From NCBI RefSeq assembly GCF_006345805.1, contig NC_042998.1, positions 48,236,001-48,300,000 of the forward strand: a stretch of 64,000 nt of DNA. The letters are read 5' to 3'. Source of the stretch: Octopus sinensis (Eukaryota). A program made the translations under genes and the position numbers. This document shows positions 53,972 to 64,000 of this stretch, piece after piece. The notes beneath the pieces were generated by a model. The model was not told the DNA's origin. It saw only the letters and a program-made list of their open reading frames with translations, and made no database searches. Positions within the stretch are counted from its first letter, which is position 1. Each line of letters opens with the position of its first letter.

Positions 53972-54372
53972 AAAGATAAAATATAAAGATCTTGAAATAG
54001 AAATTAGCAAAATGTGGAACCTGAAGACTAAAACAATAACTGTTGTCATAGGTGCCCTGGGAATGATAGCAAAAGGGGCTGATGGCTACCTTGCTCAGAT
54101 ACTAGGAAACCCTAAAATGGCAGAAATTCAAAAGATGGTGCTCATGGCAACTGCTCATATCCTACGCAAAATACTTTCTATGTAATCTCAAGTTTTAAAA
54201 CAAACAATTTTCTTATGGTTTCTTAAACATTCTCTAGAACAACACTATGTACAAAACCAAACATATGGCACCCTAGGCATAACACCAACATGAACTTTCA
54301 GCTTGTTGTCTCTTGAGGTCTCTGGGTGAGACTTGGAGCCAACTTGTACTAATGTAAAGAAAAAATAAAACA
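53972..54372 (+). mobile_element. R4/Dong 3' fragment
   Basis: KYKDLEIEISKMWNLKTKTI...GALG...TAHILRKILSM* plus 3'UTR, between (TAA)n arrays. Confidence 0.82.
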
Positions 54373-54375
54373 TAA

Positions 54376-54415
<40 letters not shown>

Positions 54416-54550
54416 GTTGTTGTTGTTATTATTATTATTACTACTATTATTATTATTACTGCTATTATTATTATTATTATTATTACAACAACTTACTATT
54501 ATTATTATTATTATTATTACTATTACTATTATTATTATTATTACTATTAC

Positions 54551-54602
<52 letters not shown>

Positions 54603-54907
54603 ATTATTATTATTTACAATTTTTCAGATCCATCTCGTTTGAGAATTACAAGCAGTTTTACAAAGCAAGAACTGCCAACTGCTATCAGGCATAAACATTA
54701 TTTGGAAATGGTCATCATATTTGCTGCAAAAAATTAAATAAACAAAAAATATAAAAACGGAGAGAGAGAGAGGGGGAGGGAGGGAGAATGGAATTAGAAC
54801 TAGGAAAACATTATGAACAATAAAAGCCCAGTTATAACCACAAGGCATTAAAACATACATGGCATTTCATATTTTGTAAAGAATGTTAATTTTTATTATT
54901 TTATTAC

Positions 54908-55155
54908 CTCGAAATTACTTATGTAACCTCCTCCACCGTATGTGTTCCACATACCAATAATTGGTACACCATTTATTTTTGAAGCCGGAGTATACTTCCA
55001 AGAATCTGATGTTAAGTTGGTGACGCTCTCATTGTGTGGACATCCAAAAACTGTTTCCGGTTGCCACCGAAGACAATAAGGATCTTTTAATTCGTTCAGC
55101 AAATTGTATCCTTTGTTACAACTTTTGATTTTAAGACTCGATTTATCACAATTTT
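54908..55155 (-). CDS. PKD1-like channel, internal exon (TOP/polycystin domain)
   Basis: Acceptor tttgcag| at 55155, donor GAG|gtaata at 54908. Encodes SWKYTPASKINGVPIIGMWNTYGGGGYISNFE, which joins INGIISKAMLEEL in phase 0. Confidence 0.9.
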
Positions 55156-55351
55156 CTGCAAATTATGAAAAGCACATTTAAAAAATGTACATCAATATTT
55201 TACAACTCATTAATATTCAAATGGCTAGTATTCGCTAATTGGATTACATAATCAGAGACTATAAATATATCCGAATATATTTGCAAGTTAACATATGTGT
55301 GTGTGTGTATATAATATATACATACATATATACATTCATATATATATATAT

Positions 55352-55809
55352 CGTAAAGTATACTAGCCATTTTAAAATGGCTAACCACTAGGGGTGGGGG
55401 TGTTACTGTAGCTTTTTAGCCCCAGGAGATCATCGTCTCCAGCTGGATTTTGACACAATCCTATGCCCTTTAATGATATTCGCAAAGGGAGGTCATCCCC
55501 TCTCGAAAACCTAAGTGATACGCATGGACTACAGTTTCGAGATTATTGTCTCTTGTCAACACACGCTAATCACGGGTTTTCGATAAGAGATTAGCGTGTG
55601 TTGACAAGAGACAATAATCTCGAAACTGCAGTCCATGCGTATCACTTAGGTTTTCGAGAGGGAATGACCTCCCTTTACGAATATCATTAAAGGTCACAGG
55701 ATTGTGTCTAAAGCCAGCTGGAGACGATGATCTCCTGGGGCTAAAATGCTACAGTAACACCCCCCACTCCTAGTGGTTAGCCATATTAAGATGGCTAGTA
55801 TACTTTACG
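55352..55809. repeat. Long fold-back element (220/221-bp arms, 17-bp spacer) with hammerhead-like core
   Basis: Arms 55352-55571 and 55589-55809 differ by about 11 substitutions and 1 indel (manual count). Confidence 0.92.
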
Positions 55810-55982
55810 TTGTCGAGCGCTTACTGTTTACACCTCGCTCAGAGATTTATTATTGCTTAATATATATATATTATATATATATATATAATTTTAATCCAAA
55901 AGGGAAACAAAAAAACAACAACAACAGGAACAATTACAGTATTATTATTAATAGGCGCTCAGGAGATGGAAGCAGGGGGTAT

Positions 55983-56009
55983 GACGTTTCGAGCGGAGCT
56001 CTTCGTCGG
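55983..56009 (-). ncRNA. Minimal hammerhead-ribozyme-like motif (Penelope-type)
   Basis: Minus strand reads CCGACGA-A-GAGC-TCC-GCTC-GAAAC-GTC. Confidence 0.45.
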
Positions 56010-56871
56010 AAACATAAAGAAGGAAGAGAGAGAGAGGAAAGAAAGATCCCAGAGCGGGCAACAGGGAAAGAGAAAAAAGACGACTGGTTGTTTACGAGTT
56101 GCACATGGTGAAAGGCGGATGTTGACGATAACAAGAGCAAAGTGGGTTTTAAAGGCAAAAGAGTGGAGACAAGGTTGGTAACCCAACAGATGTGTGTGTA
56201 TGTGTGAGTGTGTGCGTGCGCGTGTGTGTATGTGTGTGTGTGAGGCGAGATGAAAAAACAAAAAAAAATATGTGGTGTTAGTGTGTGCGTCTGTGTGTAG
56301 GCGTGTGGGGTAGGGCGAGACTAGTGGTCAGCTAGCAGACGAGGTCAGTAGTAAGAAAAAGAAGGAAGGAGGAAGGGAGGTCAGTAGTAAGAAAAAGAAG
56401 GAAGGAGGAAGGGAGGGAGGGGAAGGGGTGGGGGCGTATGTAGCGTGCCAGCGTGTGTTGAGTAGTAGTGTGTGTGTGTGTCCAGTGTCGTGGTGGTATT
56501 AATGGCGAGTAGATTGAATGTGTGTAAGAGTGATGTATATATATAGGCAAGGTGTGTATATGTGTGCGCGTGTGTGTAACGAAAAAGGGGGGGGGTTTAA
56601 GGAAAAAGGACTCCAATATATATATATACATATAAAATATAACACCTGGATGAAGGATATCAGACCTTAGTAGATGATCACAACATTCGATTCTGCACAC
56701 CAGCTTCAAGTTGCTGATTTTATATTCATATATCACAATAGAAGATCATTCTTTATAATTATATATATATATAGTTGATCTAAACATGAACAACGTGAAA
56801 ACACAACAACGCGAGAACGTGGAACAAGTATTGTGTTATTGGACGTTCAGGAAAGGAAAGAAAAAAGGAGG

Positions 56872-56906
56872 ATTTAACGTTTCGAGCGGAGCCCTTCGTC
56901 AGAAAC
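56872..56906 (-). ncRNA. Minimal hammerhead-ribozyme-like motif (Penelope-type)
   Basis: Minus strand reads gttt-CTGACGA-A-GGGC-TCC-GCTC-GAAAC-GTT-aaat. Confidence 0.55.
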
Positions 56907-56989
56907 ATAGGAAAAGGAAAGATCTAAGGAAAGGAAGACGGAGGAAAAAATCGCCAACGATACACACGTTGTCACACGTTGTCACACAC

Positions 56990-57029
<40 letters not shown>

Positions 57030-57900
57030 CACACACACACACACACACACATATATAAACTCAGCAAGTTAAAGCTGAACCGAATTTTGTGACCTACTGA
57101 CATCCTCCGACCTCGTGTTGTATTATTCTTATATTAATCTTATGCAAAGACGAGTTCCGCATGTGTATCTGTCTCCGAAGTATAGCTTACTGTAGGATAA
57201 CATGTGGTAAGCAAATAAGGACATAACAACTCTTAAATAATGCTCGTTACGAGGTTTTTACCCGAGAATTATACTAAAATCTATATAACTCTGTATATCT
57301 TTATTTAACGTGTATTTAATTTGGCTATACTATGGAAAGCCACAACGTTGCGTTATTTGTCTTGAGAAAGCGTCTCATATAGACGTATAGCGCAAAAAAA
57401 AGCACAGAAGTGTAACAGTTGTAGATTAAAAGTGACAAGCAGCAGTGGTGGAATTGCTAAATCATGATAGTGACTGTGTGGTAAGAAACTTGCTTCCCAA
57501 CCATTTGGTTCCGGGTTCAGTTCCACTGCATGACACCTTAGGCAAGTGTCTTCTACTATAGCCCCAGATCGACCAAAACCGTAGGAGCTGATTAAGTACT
57601 GAGGTTAAAAAAGAGGTACTGGGATTGATTCATTCGACTAAAAATTCCTCTATGGCCGCAGTCTAATGATCTTGTCACAAATCCCTTAGACATCGGCATG
57701 TGGGGATAAATTGAGCTAAGAACGTAAAGACTGCAATACATATAGCAAGGTATATCGTCCAACGCTCCAATAATTCTCACTCCTCGGACTGCAACTTTAT
57801 CAACCCAGAGAAAGTAAAGTTGCTCTCGACAGGATTTGAACTCAGAGTGCTAGGAACAAGAACGAACATCGTAAAGCATTCTAATTTATTTTAGGAATTC

Positions 57901-58049
57901 TGCGAATTCTCCCATTGTGATATCAAAAATTCGCGAATTCACCCATGTGATATCAAAAATTCGCGAATTCACCCATGTGATATCAAAAATTCGCGAATTC
58001 ACCCATGTGATATCAAAAATTCGCGAATTCGACCATGTGATATCAAAAA
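57901..58049. repeat. Tandem repeat, 5 x 30 bp
   Basis: Unit tcgcgaattcacccatgtgatatcaaaaat; the three central copies are identical. Confidence 0.95.
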
Positions 58050-58393
58050 GATTTGGTTGCTATTTCTAACAGGTCGAACAACAAAAGGGAGATTCCTTTG
58101 TTGGTACGTTTGCGATATTTCTTTCAATTTTTGTGGTAATTATTTCAGTACATATCGCAACGCATGTCGCCCACGCTCCAACAATCTTCACTCCTTGATC
58201 TGCTATTTTATCAACCCAGAAAAAGCAAAAGACAAAGCTGCTCTTGACAAGATTCGAACGCAGCGCGCTTGGAACAGGAACGAATATCGTAAAGCACTCT
58301 ATTTAATTTATTCTAGCAATTCTGGGAATTCGCTCACAGTTTTCAGTACCAAACATATTTATAGCGCCAAAATCGATTAATAGAACAAACAAC

Positions 58394-58571
58394 CTGACTT
58401 TTTGACTCTCAGTTGTCGTAATCTTGCCGGACCAATTTTTATATTTACGCCATCTGATATATACATTTTCTCAATAGAAACCATTTTCTTCTTAAAAATA
58501 CTTGCAGTCGGAAAAAAATTTGGGAAAACAACCTTTTCCATCCACTCGAAGTATAATTCCACAGTTTTCAC
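58394..58571 (-). CDS. PKD1-like channel, internal exon
   Basis: Acceptor ttgcag|GTG at 58571, donor CAG|gttgtt at 58394 (phase 1, fits the next exon). Encodes VKTVELYFEWMEKVVFPNFF...IGPARLRQLRVK, with the polycystin RLRQLRV motif. Confidence 0.88.
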
Positions 58572-58801
58572 CTGCAACGGGAAAAAGAGAAAATTATGTT
58601 ATCAAAATAATACAAAAATCAAATGATGCGACATTTGTATAAACACATGAATGACAGAAGCTGCAGTGTGGCACTAAATAAAATATAAACGTTGAGTAGT
58701 TTCTGTTGTTAGTTGTAACCGAATCACTTATGACATTAGTAACTGTTATTCTTGTTACTGCTGCTGCTGCCATTGTACTAGTTACTATTTAGTTCAAGAC
58801 C

Positions 58802-59189
58802 GTGGAGACGCAATGGCCCAGTGGTTAGGGCAGCGGATTCGCGGTCATAGGATCGCGGTTTCGATTCCCAGACCGGGCGTTGTGAGTGTTTATTGAGCGA
58901 AAACACCTAAAAAAGCTCCACGAGGCTCCGGCAGGGATGGTGGTGATCCCTGCTGTACTCTTTCACCACAACTTTCTCTCACTCTTACTTCCTGTTTCTG
59001 TTGTACCTTGTATTTCAAAGGGCTGGCCTTGTCACTCTCTGTGTCACGCTGAATATCCCCGAGAACTACGTTAAGGGTACACGTATCTGTGGAGTGCTCA
59101 GCCACTTACACGTTAATTTCACGAGCAGGCTGTTCCGTTGATCGGATCAACTAGAACCCTCGTCGTCGTAACCGACGGAGTGCTTCCAC
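58802..59189 (+). mobile_element. Young full-length SINE family F
   Basis: 15-bp TSD atttagttcaagacc (58787-58801 and 59190-59204). Confidence 0.88.
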
Positions 59190-59412
59190 ATTTAGTTCAA
59201 GACCAGCATTGATGGAACAAATAATAAACATAGGCATTCTAGTCTGCAAACACGACGTGTTTTTATACATCTTGGACTATATTACCAAACGAATCCTACA
59301 TTTTGCTTTTAAACAAATTAGGATATGCTTATCAAAAAGATTTGGCTGCTATTTCTAACAGGTCGAACAACAAAATGTAAATTCTTTTATTGATACGTTT
59401 GTGACATTACTT

Positions 59413-59471
<59 letters not shown>

Positions 59472-61415
59472 GATAATTTCATTTCATTTAACAACCCACA
59501 TTGGGCAAGTATTTTCTCTCATAGTTTTGGGTCATCAATGCCTCATGAGTGAATTTCGCAAACAGAAACTGCATGGAACTGTATGATATAAGGCAGCGAG
59601 CTGGCAGAAACGTTAGCACGCCGGCGAAATGCTTAGCGGTATTTCGTCTGCCGTTACGTTGTGAGTTCAAATTCCGCCGAGGTCGACTTTGCCTTTCATC
59701 CTTTCGGGGTCGATAAATTAAGTACCAGTTACGCACTGGGGTCGATGTAATCGACTTAATCCCTTTGTCTGCCCTTGTTTGTCCCTTCTGTGTTTAGCCC
59801 CTTGTGGGTAGTAAAGAAATAGGTATTTCGTCTGCCGTTGCGTTCTGAATTCAAATTCCGCTGAGGTCGACTTTGCCTTTCATCCTTTTGGAGTCGATAA
59901 ATTAAGTACCAGTTACGCACTGGGTCGATGTAATCGACTTAATCCCTTTGTCTGTCCTTGTTTGTCCCTTCTATGTTTAGCCCCTTGTGGGCAATAAAGA
60001 AATAACAAACTGTATGGAAGCTCGTCGTATACACACATACACATCATATATATGTGTATATATATGTGTGTATATGTATATGTGTATGTCTTTGTGTTCG
60101 TGCCCCCCACCCCACATCCCGTGACAACCGGTGTTGGTTTGTTTAAGTTTCGGTGACCTAGTCATTCGCTAAAGATGACCGAAAAAACAAAGTACCAAAC
60201 TTTAAAAAAAAAAGTACCGGGGTCGATTTGTTCGACTAAACCGTCAAAAGCAATGCTTCGGCATGCCCCCGCCCTCAAAATTTCAGGCCTTGTGCCTATA
60301 TTAGAAAGGATTACTTTTATTAAGGCGATGAGCCGGCAGAATCGCTAGCACGTCAGACAAAGAGTAGAGCAGCTTTCATCCGTCTTTACGTCCTGAGTTC
60401 AAACTCCATCAATGATGGAAACAAGTAAAAGCTCAAACCAAATACTAATGAAACAGATGCTGACATATTTTACCATCTCTCTTCTGCTATGAATCAGAAA
60501 CTGTGTTCCTTCCTACGCAAGAAGTCTGTCAATCTCTATCATGATGGACTCTCCCGTCGAACACGACATATCAGTGGTCAGCTTTTGTTGAACGATCTGC
60601 ACATATGATTTGTTTATAGCGATCAAATAAATGTATTTGCTGTACATTAGCACATTGCCCTCCATCACATCGACGTTACCTGGACATGTAGGCGGTGAAC
60701 CCTGCGTCACATATCGAAGCGATCGCAGAGCAGTGTGAGATGAAGTGTTTTGCTCAAGAGCACAACGTATCTCTCGGTCTAAGAATTGAAATCACGATCT
60801 CGTAATCACGAATGCAACACATTAACCATTAGGCCATGCGCTCTCAAAATACAATAGATTCTTATTTCTTTATTGCCCACAAGGGCTAAACATAGAGGGG
60901 ACAAACAAGGACAGACAAACGGATTAAGTCGATTACATCGACCCCAGTGCGTAACTGGCACTTAATTTATCGACCCCTAAATGATGAATAGCAAAGTCAA
61001 CCTCGGTGGAATTTGAACTCAGAACGTAAGGGCAGACGAAATACCGATTTCTTTACTACCCACAAGGGGCTAAACACAGAGGGGATAAACAAGGACAGAC
61101 GAACGGATTAAGTCGATTACATCGACCCCAATGCGTAAATGGTACTTAATTTATCGACCCCAAAAGGGTGAAAGGCAAAGTCGACCTCGGCGGAATTTGA
61201 ACTCAGAACTTAACGGCAGACGAAATACCGCTGAGCATTTCGCCCGGTGTTCTAACGCTTCTTATTTCTTTACTACCCACAAGGGGCTAAACATAGAGGG
61301 GACAAACAAGGACCGACAAAGGGATTAAGTCGATTACATCGTCCCCAGTGCGTAACTGGGACTTCATTTATCGACCCCGAAAGGATGAAAGGATACAACA
61401 ATAGATTCTACTTAC

Positions 61416-61663
61416 ATTTGTAAACTTGTGTTTACTCCCAAGTGGATGGACAAATACATGCTCGAGTGACTCCTTCATTCTGTAATTTTTTGTGTCTTGG
61501 TTTACATAAGCTATGTAGCCAGCAGATATTAGTAAAAAGCTGTATATAATACCATTTACAACAACACTCTTGCACCACATCTCAGAAATAATTTTCCGAT
61601 GTCTAATTTTTCGCGCTTCTTCCTCGAGTGGTGTGAATACAACTTTCTTTGCATACTGTATTT
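61416..61663 (-). CDS. PKD1-like channel, internal exon (pre-S1 and S1)
   Basis: Acceptor ttttcacag| at 61663, donor AAT|gtaagt at 61416 (phase 0). Encodes EEEARKIRHRKIISEM...GIIYSFLLISAGYIAYVNQDTKNYRMKESLEHVF, like the region before the channel domain in PKD1L proteins. Confidence 0.88.
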
Positions 61664-62085
61664 CTGTGAAAATATAAAAATCCATCGATGACTTGGGATT
61701 TAGAATTACGAAGTAATTAAAAAAAAAAGGAGCTAAAACATGATCACCAGGTATTTAACGTCAAGCATGTAATTCTTTTATTCTTTTACTTGTTTCAGTC
61801 ATTTGACTGTGGCCATTCACTTTTTTTTAGTATATAATCATCTGACCTTGCAATCATTGTAGAAAAAACAAAAAGTTTGTACCTCTCCTCGAAATATTAT
61901 ATCACTTTTTTAAAAGCTATGTTCATTGTATAACGTCTTTACACGACCTCGTTTTCCGCTTACACATCGCTCTTCTTTTTTAAAACCCCCATGGTTTAAT
62001 GTTCTAATAGTATGTATGAGCTGTAGTGTATAATAGCAATATAAATCATTATTATTAATACAATTATTATTATTATTATTATTAT

Positions 62086-62390
62086 CATTCAGTAGTTTTA
62101 TTTTTATAGCGTGCTTTCACTTCACTACCGAGCACAGCTCTGTGTGCCTTGGGTATGTGCTGTGATTTGTTGTGATGCTCTGATGGTTATTGTATGGAAA
62201 GTGTTCTGCGTAGGATGTGTTATTATTATTATTATTATTATTATATTATTATTATTATCATTCAGTAGTTTTATTTTTATAGCGTGCTTTCACTTCACTA
62301 CCGAGCACAGCTCTGTGTGCCTTGGGTATGTGCTGTGATTTGTTGTGATGCTCTGATGGTTATTGTATGGAAAGTGTTCTGCGTAGGATG

Positions 62391-62393
<3 letters not shown>
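62086..62393 (-). mobile_element. Two identical-looking ~135-bp R4/Dong 3' ends in a (TAA)n array
   Basis: Each reads HILRRTLSIQ* plus a 3'UTR homologous to 52915-53050. Confidence 0.7.
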
Positions 62394-62444
<51 letters not shown>

Positions 62445-63036
62445 TTTTATTATTAAGGTGGCGAGCTGGCAGAAACGTTAGCACGCCGGGCGAGTTCTGA
62501 GTTCAAATTCCGCCGAGGTCGACTTCGCCCTTCATCCTTTCAGGGTCGATTAAATAAGTACCAGTTACGCACTGGGGTCGATATAATCGACTTAATCCGT
62601 TTGTCTGTCCTTGTTTGTCCTCTCTGTGTGTAGCCCCTTGTGGGCAGTAAAGAAATAGGTACTTCGTCTGCGCTACGTTCTGAATTAAAATTCCGCCGAA
62701 GTCGACTTTGCCTTTTATCCTTTCGGAGTCAATAAAATATGTACCAGTTACGCGCTGCGGTCGATGTAATCGACTAGTCCTCTACCCCCAATTCCCAGGG
62801 TTTGTACCTATATTGAAAAGGATTATTATTATTAAGGCGGCCAGCAGGCCGAATCGTTGGCACACCGGACAATGTGCTTAGCTGCATTTTGCTTGCCTTT
62901 ATGTTCTGAGTTCAAAGTCCGAAGAAAATAAACCAACGGGTCCAGGAATCGAAACCACAATCTTACGATCTTGTGTACATCTCCCTTAACCACCAAGCCA
63001 CGCGCCTCTACAGAAATACACGCACACACATGTATG

Positions 63037-63069
<33 letters not shown>

Positions 63070-63072
<3 letters not shown>

Positions 63073-63263
63073 GGTCCCGGGTTGATCGGGGTTAACCACA
63101 GTAAGTAAGGTACTCAATACATAGCAGAGTAATTAATTTATTATATAGAAGGAGCTTCTACAGGCTAGACTGTTTCATTCAGAGAAATCTTCAGGAAGCT
63201 TCCTGAAGATTTCTCTTGAATGAAACAGTACTAGTCCTGTAGAAGTCCTTCTATATAATAAAT
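63070..63263. mobile_element. Fold-back element with hammerhead-like core (Penelope-like, inferred)
   Basis: Spacer-less palindrome 63136-63263 centred on aagctt. Plus strand reads CTGAAGA...GAAAC-AGTACTA-GTC. Confidence 0.6.
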
Positions 63264-63265
63264 AT

Positions 63266-63360
<95 letters not shown>

Positions 63361-63413
63361 TATGAAAGAATGGAGCTGAACGACGGCTGCATATTCCTAA
63401 TTGCGAAGGAATA

Positions 63414-63496
<83 letters not shown>

Positions 63497-64000
63497 ATAT
63501 GTATGTAAAGCTTACATACAACGTATGTACGTATGTATGTATGTATGTATGTATGCATGCACGAATGTATGTATGTATGTACTGGTGAGCAAAGAGAGAA
63601 GATACTTTTGAAATATAATCGCTTTTAAATTAATACAGTTTTGGAATTTCTAAAGATGGAGGTTTTCCGAGGACAGTTTTTAAACATTTTTTAGTAGTTT
63701 TTCTTATTATCTCTTGTTTTGTATCTTTAATCCCATTGAAGTACAAAATCGCTACAGGCAGTATTTTTGTATGAGTGGCTGATTTTATAAGAATCAGCAA
63801 ATATTCTTTTCTACTCTTGGCACAAGGCCCGAAATTTTTGGGGAGAGAGCTAGTCGATTAAATCGCACTCCAGTATCCAACTGGTACTTAATTTATGGAC
63901 CCCGAAAGGATGAAAGGCAAAGTCGACCTCGGCGGAATTCGAACTCAGAACGTAAAGACAGACGAAATACTGCTAAGTATTTTGCCCGGCGTGCTAACGT

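Noticed and set aside
57901-58049. CRISPR-like array
   Set aside because: Contiguous tandem units with no spacers, no cas genes, eukaryotic context.
58802-58880. tRNA gene (also the heads at 15469, 31823, 32616 and 39262)
   Set aside because: A/B boxes are present but I see no convincing acceptor stem or terminator, and the heads continue into SINE bodies, several with TSDs.
60513-60710. Possible additional PKD1L exon
   Set aside because: No polycystin similarity, and exons 61416 and 58571 already join in phase.
63560-63790. Possible upstream PKD1L exon (frame THTKILPVAILYFNGIKDTKQEIIRK...)
   Set aside because: Weak resemblance to the preceding TM region, but I found no donor giving the required phase 1 without a stop. 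Unresolved; RNA-seq needed.

Overview
AT-rich, microsatellite- and transposon-dense eukaryotic DNA, most likely from an octopus (coleoid cephalopod); the species call is inferred from the repeat landscape. Two protein-coding genes lie on the minus strand. (1) The 5' end of a ZIP11/SLC39A11 zinc transporter: coding exon 22635-22528 (MIKEYSPLVQALLGTLFTWGLTAVGSALVFAFSSGQ), a 21.6-kb intron, then a 39-nt exon 949-911 (RKILDGSLGFAAG). Neither exon is in the ORF track, and the gene continues off the left edge. (2) The 3' end of a polycystin-1-like (PKD1L-type) channel gene: four phase-consistent exons (61663-61416, 58571-58394, 55155-54908, 47399-46407), with the gene continuing off the right edge. 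The rest is mobile-element debris: several tRNA-derived SINE families; CR1/L2, RTE, Tx1 and R4/Dong LINE fragments; Tc1, mariner, pogo and hAT remnants; Helitron/Helentron-like elements; and a TIR element carrying telomere-like repeats. The most unusual signals are: (a) fold-back elements with hammerhead-ribozyme-like cores at the hairpin apex, plus two minimal hammerhead motifs in the sense strand of one PKD1L intron (Penelope-like origin inferred); (b) an apparent CpG-decay boundary marking the ZIP11 gene body; (c) lysine substitutions at the PKD1L filter and S6 positions; (d) a TIR element with 7, 8 and 33-35 bp target duplications. All calls are by eye; no search or folding program was run.
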